Shown here: one piece after another, positions 50,910 through 63,969 of the stretch
How positions within the stretch are numbered: the first letter of the stretch is position 1
Layout of the letters: every line of letters begins with the position of its first letter
Source: Octopus bimaculoides
Lineage: Eukaryota
DNA length: 64,000 bases
Reading direction: 5' to 3'
NCBI RefSeq assembly: GCF_001194135.2
Contig: NC_068986.1
Location: 10,818,252 to 10,882,251 of the forward strand
Notes under the pieces: generated by a model
Databases searched by the model: none
The model's input: only the letters and a program-made list of their open reading frames with translations
Told to the model about the DNA's origin: nothing
Position numbers and translations under genes: made by a program

Positions 50910-51712
50910 CTTTTACTTGTTTCAGTTGTTAGACTGCAGCCATGCTGGAGCATCTTGAATTTTAGTCAAACAATTGGCTACAGCACTTTTTTTGTTTTTA
51001 AGCCTGATACTTATTCTATCAGTCTTTTTCACTGAACCGCAAAGTTACAGGGACAAACACACCAACAGTGGTTGTCGAGTGGTGGTGAGGGACAAAGTCA
51101 CACACACACAAATACACACACACACACACACACATGCACACACAACAGGCTTCTTTCAGTTTCCATCTACCAAATTCACTCGCAAGGCTTTCGTCGGCTT
51201 GACCGAAGTGCCACACAGTGGGACTGAACCTGAAACCACGTAGTTGGGAAGCAAGTTTCTTACTACACAACCATGCCTGCACCTACAACTTGGGAGTAAT
51301 GTGTTCTGAAATTCGGGAATTGGTGGAAAAATTCCACAACTAAATCAACAGAGTAACTTGTAGACTTGTAGAGAAGCTAACTCATCAATCCCCATATGTT
51401 TTCCCAAGCTCTGATAAGGAATTTGGGACACTTCTTAGCAGTAAAAAGAAACAAGCTCTCAAATAGCTTTTTGCTGAATTATTCAACAGATGTTTAGCAT
51501 GACAATTATAACAGAATTTAAAAAGAAAAAAAAAGTCCCACTTTTAACTCATTCCTGCTTTATCAAGCATTGTAAAAAATCACACTTTTTTTTTTCTTTT
51601 CTCCTCTCACTCTCCACCCAGAAAATCCATCAGGTCTTCAGCATTCTTTACATAACTAACAGTTTTAAAAATCCTCTTTAGTATGTTTTTTTTTCTCCTC
51701 GTCTTTTTACAG

Positions 51713-51746
<34 letters not shown>

Positions 51747-52240
51747 NNNNNNNNNNNNNNNNNNNNNNNNNNNNNNNNNNNNNNNNNNNNNNNNNNNNNN
51801 NNNNNNNNNNNNNNNNNNNNNNNNNNNNNNNNNNNNNNNNNNNNNNNNNNNNNNNNNNNNNNNNNNNNNNNNNNNNNNNNNNNNNNNNNNNNNNNNNNNN
51901 NNNNNNNNNNNNNNNNNNNNNNNNNNNNNNNNNNNNNNNNNNNNNNNNNNNNNNNNNNNNNNNNNNNNNNNNNNNNNNNNNNNNNNNNNNNNNNNNNNNN
52001 NNNNNNNNNNNNNNNNNNNNNNNNNNNNNNNNNNNNNNNNNNNNNNNNNNNNNNNNNNNNNNNNNNNNNNNNNNNNNNNNNNNNNNNNNNNNNNNNNNNN
52101 NNNNNNNNNNNNNNNNNNNNNNNNNNNNNNNNNNNNNNNNNNNNNNNNNNNNNNNNNNNNNNNNNNNNNNNNNNNNNNNNNNNNNNNNNNNNNNNNNNNN
52201 NNNNNNNNNNNNNNNNNNNNNNNNNNNNNNNNNNNNNNNN

Positions 52241-52272
<32 letters not shown>

Positions 52273-52961
52273 CAAAATAGCAATTCAACAAGTTTGACTA
52301 TTTCTGAATATTTAGACTCCCATTCATCATTCTCATGAATGATGAATCCACAAAAACAGAACAACACCAGTTGGAATGGAAGCTTTACATTTTGACATTG
52401 AATAATTTCAGCGTTCTGCTTTCTGAGTTCGCTTCTGATGGGCGTCATCTAGCCTTGAGGATAGATTTGATAGACAGACTGAAAGAAAGCCTTCACGGAT
52501 GTGTGCATGCGTGTTTGTGATGATGATGATTGTAAATGAGCATCTTCATTGTCACACAGGAGATGTTGTTTGTTTCCAGTCTTCCAGAAAATACTGAAGA
52601 AATTAAAACATCTTAAGAACAGTTCAAATCAAGATATTCTAAATTTGTAACAGTTCCCAGACATTATCACTGCTCAGAAATAATGAAAATTTCATTGTTT
52701 TATTTTCCACTTTTCACTGCTCACATAGGTCAGACAAAAATTTGTTGAAGCAGATTTTTTTCTACAGCTGGATGCCCTTCCGGTCACCAACCATCAATTA
52801 TTTTTCAGGTGTGTGTATCCGTGTTTATCCCCCAATCCACAACCGGTGTTGCTGTGTTTATGTCCCTGTAACTTAGCAGTTTGCCAAAAGACCAATAGAA
52901 TATGTACCAGGCTTAAAAACGAAAAAGTATGGGGGTCGATACATTCAACTCGAAAACGGGT

Positions 52962-53450
52962 AGCCAGTCTCTCAACTGGATCAACATTTGGCAGACTCTC
53001 CACCTCTCACTCATACTCTCCATTCAGCAGTCTTTTATAATGGCATTTTCAAGCCTCTTTCTTTGCAGAATCATTACATGCAAGTGTACCATCATCCATG
53101 CTGACACATTTCTCTCCTATGAAATCACAATTTTCTCTCACACACTGTCTTGTAATCTGAAACAATTCAGTTCTTTGGTCCTCACATCGCTGAACATAGG
53201 CAAAATTCATCCGTTCCGCTTCTCCCTTGGCTAGATATACTTGTCTCCTAGTATCCCTTCTGTCAATCTAATACAGTATCTTGCTACCCCCATTCTTCCA
53301 GACCTGTTTTTTTTACCTCTAATGGCCCTGGCTCCTGCATTGTTCCACCACCATGTTACCCTAAGTCTGGGCGGAACTTTACACCAGCCACAGATTTGGT
53401 CTGTAGCACTCAGCAAGCTGTCCCTCAGGAATTCCCTGTAGCACCTCCTC
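52962..53450 (-). mobile_element. Decayed RTE-type LINE ORF fragment (endonuclease-RT linker)
   Basis: Minus-strand frames give ATDQICGWCK...TWWWNN...AI..KK, GEKCV..DDG.LA, KEA*K.HYKRLLN.E, with stops and frameshifts. Confidence 0.65.
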
Positions 53451-53954
53451 CCTTTCATTAAATTTCTCAATTAGGAAGTCCCTAAATCTCTGACCATAAG
53501 AAGTGTCCTTAAGCTTCCAAATCTTTCTTTTCCAGATTGGTTTACTTCTTGGCATCCTTCTGGCCTGGAGTCTAAAGTCACTAATGGCTAGTCTTTGCTT
53601 GGGGGGGGGGCTCTCTTGTAAAGATAAGTAGTCCCTCTACAAGAACCTGCTCATACTTCTTCTCTCATACTTTAACCCTTGGCATCAGAAAATACATTTT
53701 GTCATAGAGACTTTGCCAAAATAGACACTGGAGCATGATGGACTGTCAAACTATTCAACCCATGCCAGCATGGAACGTGGACATTAAATGATGAAGTTGA
53801 TTGTAAATATAAGACAATTGTGGAATATTAGAGAAAATTCAACAGATTCATAGTACCAGTACCACCTACAACCATCTTTGTAGCATCTCCACAAAAATAA
53901 AAAATGTTCTGTAATATGATTTCTTATTGTTCTTTCTCAGTTTTTACACCTCAA

Positions 53955-54700
53955 ATCTTCCATGCTGGCATGGGTTGAATGGTTTGACTGGGGTCTGGGA
54001 AGCCAGGAGGCTGCACCAGGCCCCAATCTGATCTGGCAGTGTTTCTACAGGTGGATGTCCTTCCTAACGCCAACCACTCCGAGAGTGTAGTGGGTGCTTT
54101 TTATGTGCCACGGGCATAGGGGCCAGAAGAGCAGGCATTGACCATGATCGGATGGTGCCCTCCACAAGCACCACCAGCACGGAAGCCAGTCAAAGAGGTA
54201 CTGGCATCGGCCACATTCGGATGGCGCTCTTTACATGCTTCCAGCACAGGAGTTACAACTACAATTTCCATTTGATTTGATTTTGATTTTGATATTGATG
54301 TTGATGTACTTGACTCAATAGGTCTCAAGCACAGCATGTCACCCCATGATCAAAGATACTTTTGAATGGGCTGGGGCTGGTTATGTGAAACTGGTGTAGG
54401 TTACAGCTGTGAACTCACTTTATTTGCCGGGTCTTCTCAGTCACAGCAACATATCCAGAGGTCTCGGTCTTTCATCATTGCCTCTGTGAGGCCCAACGTT
54501 TGAAGGTCATGCTTCTCCATTTCATCCCGTGTCTTCCTGGGTCTCCCTCTACCCAGGATTCCTTCTACTGTTTGGGAGTGGCACTTCTTCACACAGCTCT
54601 CCTCATCCATCCGCAGTACATGACCATACCAATGCAAACGTCTATCTTGCACGTCACATCCAATGCTTCTTATGTCCAACTTCAATTTTTCTGAAATCCT
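53955..54700 (-). mobile_element. 5'-truncated RTE-clade LINE: ORF C-terminus, 3'UTR with repeat array, and tail
   Basis: Translation DRRLHWYGHVLRMDEESCVKKC...GRGRPRKTRDE...LQTLGLTEAMMKDRDLW (RTE R.RW.GH..RM / GRP motifs), followed by array units, AGGAAGGACATCCACCTGTAGAAAC and the CCAACCCATGCCAGCATGGAA tail. Confidence 0.85.
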
Positions 54701-55056
54701 AACATGCCATACAAACATATCACAAGCACATGAACATCTGTGTTTCTGGTCGCATGTGTGTATGCGTGCGTTCCTATGAAAGCAAAGCCTGAATGTAACC
54801 AGTGAGATTCTAATCTGTGCAAGAATGAAATAACAAAGTCCCTACCCTTTCACCAAAAGAAAATAATATATTTAAGGGTTACTGATGCAGAAGTCATAGA
54901 TTAGCCTATAACAACCATCCTGCATCTCTTGACACAGTATGAGTTTTTGTGTACACTTGTCTGTGTACGGTTTATAAAATAAACAAGAATTTTCATTTCC
55001 TGAAGACTACAAAAAGACAAACTAAAGAAAAACATCATTTGCTGAATGAGGTTTAA

Positions 55057-55267
55057 CCCTTTGGCATTTATACCAGCCATATCCACCCAGATATGCTACC
55101 TGTTTTTATGTTCTAACCAGCCAGATCCAGCTTATCACACTTACCCTTCAATGCCGTTATAAAATACATCATCAACATTCTGAAGCTACCAAATAATGCG
55201 TGATTAATTAAAAACACTTTGAATGAAAAAGTATAACATTTGACAGAATAATTTCGATGCTAGGGGG
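55057..55267 (-). mobile_element. TTAA-flanked MITE, family P1 (reverse orientation)
   Basis: TTAA|CCCTTTGGCATT ... ATGCTAGGGGG|TTAA. Confidence 0.75.
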
Positions 55268-55900
55268 TTAACCAGAATTTTACTTAATTTATGTGGCTCT
55301 TATATAGGAAACCAATACAAAATAATAATCCTTTCTACTATAGACTCAAGGCCTCTGAGAGGGGGGAGGGGAAAGGGAGTCGATTTCTTCAACACCACCA
55401 CCACCCCAGTACTTAACTGGTACTTATTTTGTTGACCCCCAAAAGGATAAAGGGCAAAGTTGGCCCCAGCAAAATCTGAACCAAAAGTAAAGCCAAAACA
55501 AATGCTACTGAGCGTTCTCTCCTGTATGCTAATGGTTCTACCCTTGTGGTAAGAAGCTTGCTTCCCAACCACATAGGTTCTGGGTTCAGTCCCATTGCGT
55601 GGCACCTTGGGCAAGTGTCTTCTACTATAGCTTCGAGCTGACCAAAGCCTTGGGAGTGGATTTGGTAGACGGAAAGAAATCTGTCACATGTGTGTGTGTG
55701 TGTGTNNNNNNNNNNNNNNNNNNNNNNNNNNNNNNNNNNNNNNNNNNNNNNNNNNNNNNNNNNNNNNNNNNNNNNNNNNNNNNNNNNNNNNNNNNNNNNN
55801 NNNNNNNNNNNNNNNNNNNNNNNNNNNNNNNNNNNNNNNNNNNNNNNNNNNNNNNNNNNNNNNNNNNNNNNNNNNNNNNNNNNNNNNNNNNNNNNNNNNN

Positions 55901-56230
55901 GTGGTTAGGGCGGTCGTTGGATCACAGTTTCGATTCTCAGACTGGACGTTGTGAGTGTTTATTGAGCAAAAACACCTAAAGCTCCACAAGGCTCCAGCAG
56001 GGGTTGGTGGCGCACCCTGCCGTACTCTTCCGCCACAACTTTCTCTCACTCTTTCTTCCCATTTCTGTTGTACCTGTATTTCAAAGGGCCAGCCTTATCA
56101 CACTCTGTGTCTCACTGAATCTCCCCGAGAACTACGTTAGGGGTGCACGTGTCTGTGGAGTGCTCAGCCACTTGCATGTTAATTTCACAAGCAGGCTGTT
56201 CCGTTGATCGAATCAACTGGAACCCTCACC
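55901..56230 (+). mobile_element. tRNA-derived SINE of a further family (5' end in gap)
   Basis: GTGGTTAGGG...GTTTCGATTC B-box-like head and a CpG-retaining body. Confidence 0.5.
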
Positions 56231-56268
56231 ATTTTAACTGCCAGTTTGACATCACATCATGATTGTAA

Positions 56269-56299
<31 letters not shown>

Positions 56300-56473
56300 T
56301 ACAAGCAATGTGGTTGACCTCCAGTGTTCCATGAAAAACATGTCTGGCCAAGAAGAAATATTTCTTAGCTTTGAAACAGATGAGGGCTGGTGATACAAAA
56401 AAAAAATCCAGCCGTAGAAAGAAAAATCTATCCAAAATATCGTCCAACTGCAGACATGAAAAAATAGATGTTT

Positions 56474-56570
56474 AAAGAATGATGATGATTAAAGAATGAT
56501 GATGATAAAGAATGATGATGATAAAGAATGATGATGATAAAGAATGAGGATGATAAAGAATGAGGATGAC
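56474..56570 (+). repeat. 16-nt tandem repeat (AAAGAATGATGATGAT)x6 at a SINE tail
   Basis: Units start at 56474, 56491, 56507, 56523, 56539 and 56555. Confidence 0.9.
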
Positions 56571-57331
56571 AAAGTGTTTTGCTTCTTCACAATCCATGAA
56601 TTTGTAGCCCCATATCCTGTTAAATCCAACCATTTGTTTTGCTCCAAGCATTTGTTATTTTTACGGTCAGTTTTAGCTAATTTGAGTGAGTGAGTGAGTG
56701 AGTGAGACACTTCTTGTTCCCATACACACAAGTATGGTGAGTGTGGTGGGTATGTGGAAGGTTTAAATGGCTGGTCACTTAAGTACTCACAGTTGTACTA
56801 AATTGACCAGCAATATAAACCTAAGCAGCTGTGGAGTAAAAACATCTAACCACATGATGAAAATACTAACTTAGCTGTGAACTGAGATCCATACAATATT
56901 ACATACAGATAACTAGACACAGTTCAGCCACCACCACCACCACCACTGAAAGAAGAGAACTTATCCAGATCCATTTGTCCAGGTTCTCTGGGTACAATGA
57001 GAACCTGAAAGTTAAGTGGTTTATGAAGATGTGCAGGATAGCAGCAGATGTTTACAAGCCAACACCAACAGCCATTCATTGGCTAGTTATGTAGGATATG
57101 TGACACCAACGAGACAGTTTAAAAGTTCAAACAAGGCTGCTAATAGTGTACCAAGTTGAGAGTTGTTGACATTCAGCTTCAAATGTTAGTTTATGTCTGA
57201 ATTTTCCAAATTGCTTTCCAGGAGAGATCCAGTCCATTGTTTACATGCTATTTGTTTAGGAATGCAAGGAAGGGTCTACATGTGTGTGTGTGTGTGTGTA
57301 TGTATATATAATATATATGTGAGTGTGTGTG

Positions 57332-57363
<32 letters not shown>

Positions 57364-57364
<1 letters not shown>

Positions 57365-57414
57365 CATTTATATAAAGGGCATTACTACACAGTTAATGCC
57401 CTTTATATAAATGA
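57364..57414. repeat. Perfect 21-bp inverted repeat with a 9-nt loop
   Basis: TCATTTATATAAAGGGCATTA-CTACACAGT-TAATGCCCTTTATATAAATGA. Confidence 0.95.
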
Positions 57415-57585
57415 TTTATATATATTTATGAAAAAATGATGAATTTTTTTCATTATGGAATTTTTTTCATTATTTTTTTCATTATGAGGTTTTTTTCACG
57501 CAGACTACTTGATAAATTCTTATAAAGAATTTATCCTATATTGTATTATATGGGTGTGTGTGTATATATATAAATATAATATATA

Positions 57586-57654
<69 letters not shown>

Positions 57655-57689
57655 GTGTGTGTGTATGTGTCCACATATATATGTACACA

Positions 57690-58008
57690 GTCGGTTATGA
57701 TTGACCATGGGATTATACCTAGAAAGTTACCCTCCCAGGCACAAGTCCGGGCAAGGTTGTTTATGGAAGACCAGCAGTCGCCCATGCTTACCAGCCTCCC
57801 CTCTCCACGCCACCAGTGTTATCCAAGGGAAAGGCAAAGGGGCCGATACAGCTTGGCACCTGTGATGTTACAACTCATTTCTACAGTTCAGTGAACTGGA
57901 GCAACATGAAATAAAGCATCTTGCTGAAGAACACAACACACAGCCCGGTCCGGGATTCAAACTCACAACCTCACGAGCATATGCTCGACGCTCTAACCAC
58001 TGATCCAT
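57690..58008 (-). mobile_element. CORE-like tRNA SINE (family E)
   Basis: ACAG(C/T)T(G/C)AGTGAACTGGAG..AAATAAAG..CTTGCT.AAGAACACAAC resembles the CORE/MIR reverse strand; tRNA-like head at the right end. Also at 7770-7915 and 35330-35560. Confidence 0.6.
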
Positions 58009-58043
58009 GTGTATGTATATGCGTGTGTGTACATGTATGTGTG

Positions 58044-58116
<73 letters not shown>

Positions 58117-59276
58117 TACACATGCTGTACTCCAACAATGTTTTATGTGCTATAAAGGCAGAAATAGATCTGCCTTCAACTCAGTCGTGCGCCTGTGTTT
58201 CGCATTGTTTTTGTGTGTTTTACTACATAAACGTCACCAACTGCCTACCCTGAGTAATTACTGACAGCACATGCCTAACATTTACATATATATATATATA
58301 TTTGACCCATATACCTAGGGTTTTAATTCCTCAACATTTTGATAGTAGTAAAATGACCTGGTACTACTCTGACCAGTGAAACCTTTATAATCTAATACAT
58401 TTATAGCCATGTCCATGCATACTGCTTACACCTTCCCTTTCCTTAGAAGTAATTGTCCCTTATGCTATCACCACTAGATAAGAGACAATAAAATCAGAGA
58501 CAGTTAGAACTTTTGTCTAGAATCAATTACTAGCCTGATAGACTCTCGGCTATGTCAAGATGGATTTATGTATTCTTCCTCCCACTTGGATTTTTATGTA
58601 TTCTTTCTCCCACTTNNNNNNNNNNNNNNNNNNNNNNNNNNNNNNNNNNNNNNNNNNNNNNNNNNNNNNNNNNNNNNNNNNNNNNNNNNNNNNNNNNNNN
58701 NNNNNNNNNNNNNNNNNNNNNNNNNNNNNNNNNNNNNNNNNNNNNNNNNNNNNNNNNNNNNNNNNNNNNNNNNNNNNNNNNNNNNNNNNNNNNNNNNNNN
58801 NNNNNNNNNNNNNNNNNNNNNNNNNNNNNNNNNNNNNNNNNNNNNNNNNNNNNNNNNNNNNNNNNNNNNNNNNNNNNNNNNNNNNNNNNNNNNNNNNTAT
58901 ATATATATATATATATATATTCTTTTACTCTTTTATTTGTTTCAATCATTTGACTGCGGCCATGCTGGAGCATCATCTTCAGTTGAGCAAATCGACCCCA
59001 GGATTTATTCATTGTAAGCCTAGTACTTGTTCTATCAGTCTCTTTTGCCGAACCTCTAGCTTACGGGGACATAAACACACCAGCATCAGTTGTCAACGGG
59101 CTTCTTTCAGTTTCCGTCTACCAAATCCACTCACAAGGCTCTGTCAGCCTGAGGCTATAGCAGAAGACAATTGCGCCCAAGGTGCCATGCAGTTGGACTG
59201 AACCTAGAACCATGTGGTTAGTAAGCAAGCTACTTACCACACAGCCACTTCTGTGCCTATATATATATATATGCAT

Positions 59277-59314
<38 letters not shown>

Positions 59315-59493
59315 GATGGGCTTCTTTCAGTCTCTCTTTACCAAATCCACTTACATAGCGTTGGTTGGCCAGAAGCAATACGAGAAGACACTCGGTGCTG
59401 TGCAATGAGACTGAAACCGAAACCATGTGATTGAGAAGCAGATTATTTAACTACGCAGACATCTGTTTATCAACAATAGACTTGTTGCATTCC

Positions 59494-59552
<59 letters not shown>

Positions 59553-61388
59553 TGTGTGTGTGTGTGAATAGATACGCAGACAGATCACAGTTTTTCACAA
59601 TCCCTGAGTAAAACAAAATTCACCAGGGTCACATTAACCTTTTATTCTCAATCAGAAGTTGATCAACAAGTAGAGACAGAGAGGTCAGTATGTTTATGAA
59701 ATACATCAAAATGAAACGGAGGCAAACACCCCAACTAGTAAATACCAATGTTGACAAACTGCAGGGTTTATCTGCTTCAAAGACGTCCAACAACTACGAT
59801 TAAGTTACAGGAGGAAAGCAAAAACAAGCAAAAACAAATATTGATCCCCACCCCCTAAATGTCCTCATTCATTCATTTTCTTTTTTGATTCCCCCCACCC
59901 ACCTTTTCAATTTATATTTATTCTGTTTATTTCTCTGGCTTTTATTAATGTTACTTGTGGCCTTACTGTCATAGCAATGTCGACAGTAAAAACAACCGAC
60001 CCCATCTTAATCTCTACACCTCCACCACCACAGTCGTCTTCACTTTCTCTTTCCGTGTTTAAACTTCCTTTTGAGTTTTCTAGACAACAGGTTCTTTTTA
60101 ATTCTACGTGCATTATCTTAGGGGTGGGGGGTCACTCAGTTGTTGAGATGAATCTATACCAAGTCATTAGGGAATGTTATACCACAACCACCAACAATGG
60201 TCCCATTATTCCAGATTTGCATGGGTTAGGCAAAATTTGTAGTGGCAAATTTTCTATGTCTAGATGCTCTTCCTGGCGCCAACCCTCACCTCTTTCCAAA
60301 CAAGGTTATCTTTCCACATGGCCAGACATGTTTTTATGGAAGACTGGAAACAAACAACAAAACTTTATGAAGGTGAGGCTCATTTACAATTATTATTCTT
60401 TGTCAAGACAAAGACACACACACACACACAACAGGCTCGTCCCATTTCCTGGCTCCCAGATCCATTCACAAGGCTTTGGCTGACCTAAGACTATAGCAGA
60501 AGACACTTGCCTCAGGTTCCACAAAGTGAGTCTGAACCTGAAACCTCATGGTTGGAAAGCAAACTACTTAACCACACAACTACCCCTGCCCATACTTATC
60601 ACTTTGAGATTAGACATTTTCCTCAAAACATTCAACGCAACACCACACGCAAAACACTCATCACTACTACAATGCCCCCACTGTTCACGGTGAAAAAAAA
60701 TGTATGCTGTTTCATTCTCTGATCCCTACAAGTGAACAAAATGGAGAAGATATCACCATGAAGTTTCCCGTTGAGTCACAGACACACAACACAGTTGATG
60801 AATGTAGAATACAGACACCACCAATCCTTTGGCTCATAACCCAATTCTCTACAGTCTCAGATAACCATTACTCTCAGACACTAATTGCCTTCACTTTAAT
60901 TCCGTTTTTATTTCTACATATAATTATCTATGCTATGTTTATCAATCTTCTCTCTCTCTCTCTCTGGTTTTGTTTTTTTTATCTTCTTTGTATGGGTTAG
61001 CTGATTCTTCAAATTCGGTCAAATGGATGAACTGTTTCACTAAAGCACAGCTGGACACATTCACACAGAACCATTTCATCTATTTTTAGTAGCATCAGAG
61101 ACCGAAATAAACCATACTAACCTGTGCACCAGAGGGCATTAATGCTGCAAAGTGACATTGGCACTTGCTACATTGACCTCTGCATCAGGAACCTGCATAG
61201 ACACATACCAATCAATTACTGGCTCACTAGAAACAGTTAACACATTACTTAAAACTGAAAGAATTGGTAACAGTTTCAATAATATTAAAAGAGTTTTTTA
61301 ATGTTTTATATCCAATAACCCTTTCTCAACCGAAACCATTTTGCACCAGAAGTTCTAATTTTGTTATAAATTACTTTTAATCCTTTAA

Positions 61389-61642
61389 TTCTTTAGCATT
61401 TAAACCATCCATATCCGACCTAAATGTTTAACTAATTATGTTCAAACTGGCCGGATCCAGCCTCTCACACCTATCCTACAATGCCATTCTAAAAATAAAC
61501 AACTGCAAAATATCATCACTGAGAGTCACCAGTGACTCCCATGGTACATTAAGAATATAGCATGAAAAGTCACCAGTGACTCTTGTGGTATATCAAGAAT
61601 ATAGCATGAGGAGTCACTGATGCTGCAATGGTAGGCAAAGGG
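61389..61642 (-). mobile_element. Degenerate P1 MITE carrying a 44-nt tandem insertion
   Basis: TTAA|ttctttagcatt ... AAAGGG|TTAA; body matches 55057-55267; 44-nt repeats at 61524, 61568 and 61612. Confidence 0.6.
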
Positions 61643-62437
61643 TTAATAACGATGACAGTGATGATAGCCTTGATAATGAGTGATAACTGATAACGAAGGT
61701 GGCGAGCTAGCAGAATCATTAGCACACCGGGTGAAATACTTAACAGTATTTCATCTGTTTTTTATGTTCTGAGTTCAAATTCCACCAAGGTCGACTTTGC
61801 CTTTCATCCTTTCGGAGTCGATAAATTAATTATCAGTTTCATACTGGGGTCGATCTAATCGACTGGCCCTCTCCTCAAAAATTTCGGGCCTTGTGCCCAG
61901 AGTAGAAAAGGATAATAATTGAACAGACAGGCACAAGAAATCAGCTTGTTTCACCCACAAAAATTCTTTTTTAAAAACATGGAGTAAAAATATAAAACAG
62001 AAATATTTGAGACTTTTCCAGATTATCGACCATCTGTCCCATGTTTTCATTTCCTAAGCTATATTGGAGAGATCCGACACAATGAACAGAAGAACAATCA
62101 ATGAAAATATATATAAAACGGAGACTATATAAAGATGAGTGAGGCATGATATGGAAAATACGAGACAATAGTTTAGAAAAAACACATCTCAGAAGTTCAA
62201 CAACTTCCATAGAAACACAGGAGCAATATGAGTACATTCCATATAGAGATAATAATCTCAGCAGTTCCACCACCATAGGAGCAGTATGGTAAAACATTTG
62301 CTTTCCAACCACATGGTTCCAGGTTCAGTTCCACTGCATGGCACTTTGGGCAAGTTTCCTCTACAACAGCCTAACCTTCTAATTCTAACCCTAACCATGT
62401 GAGTGGATTTGGTAGATGGAGACTAAAAGAAACCTGC

Positions 62438-62490
<53 letters not shown>

Positions 62491-63557
62491 CCCCCGCCGC
62501 TGCTTGATAACCAGTGTTGGTGTGTTTACGTCTCCATGAGGTTCAGCAAGAGACCAATAAAATAAGTACCAGGCTTTAAAAACAATGAAAACTAGGGTGA
62601 TTTCAATTAAAACTCTTGAAGGTGGTGCCCCAGCATGGCCACAGTCTAATGACAAACAAGATAAACACCTCAGCTGAAGTCACTGCTTTCTCTCCAATTG
62701 TCCCTCTCTAAAATAGGGGGGGGGTGACAACAAAGCCTTGCTAATGTTGACGAGGTCACCATGTAAAACAAAGCACTCTGTCAGTGGTTGGTGTTAGGAA
62801 GGGCATCTGGCTATAGAAACCATGGCACAATTAAGACAATGAAACAAGATGAGATCCTCGGATAAACTGGATCTGATCGAAACATCCAACCCATGACAGG
62901 ATGGAAAGCAGAAATAAAATGATTTATTTCTTCATTTTTATTTGTTTCAGTCGTTGGACTGCGGTCATGATGGAGCATTGATTTGAAGAGTTTAGTTGAA
63001 CAAATCGACCCCAGAACTTATTTTTTTAAGCCAGTCTTTTCTGTCAAATCACTAAGTTACAACGACATAAATAAACCAATACTGGCTGTCAAGAGGATCA
63101 AACACACACACACACACAAGTGCTTTTATGCACCATGCATCCATATGAGCGGTTCCCTCAAGGTAAATAATACAGCATTTGGTGTTCTAACACAACCTCC
63201 ACATCAAGTTAGATATAAAAATTGCTTTTGTTGCTATTAATTATTTTTAAATAAGCCTGCTGGCTAATTGTAACATCAGTGTCTGAAAACATTCTATGTC
63301 ATTGACAGTGAGATTCAGTTGTTATGTTGCTATGGGACACCTGCCACTGAGGAGCCCAGGGAGGGCGAAATTATGTGATCTACCAGTTCTGGCACCCATA
63401 GCAGACAATTCTCGTCTGCCAACAATATAGCTGTAAGTGCTTTTGTGCACCCATATGAGAGATGCTGTGAAGGTAAATAACAGCATTCAGAGTTCTAACA
63501 ACATCCACATTAAGCTGGATGCAAAGACTGCTTTTTGAAAATGATACTGCTTCTGTC

Positions 63558-63606
<49 letters not shown>

Positions 63607-63616
63607 NNNNNNNNNN

Positions 63617-63657
<41 letters not shown>

Positions 63658-63933
63658 ACGTGTGCGTGCGGATTAAATGATGATGATGATGATGATATAC
63701 ACACATACACCAGGCTTCCACTGAGTTTCTGCCTACCAAATTCTCTCACGCAGGGCTGTCATAGATGCTTGCCCAAGATGCTGCACTGTGGGACTGAGCC
63801 TGAAACCACACGGTCATAACTGATCTTCTTAACCACATGGCTACGGCTGCACCTAAATACATATGAGTCTCATATAACTCTACTCAAGCCTATTATCTCC
63901 TCTGCAAACATGTCAAACACCACCAAACTCACG

Positions 63934-63969
<36 letters not shown>

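Noticed and set aside
489-63819. Long ORFs in the track containing X runs (e.g. 489-1232, 15720-16700, 40538-41530, 51607-52448, 58552-59201)
   Set aside because: They are open only because they cross N-gaps; the flanks are repeats.
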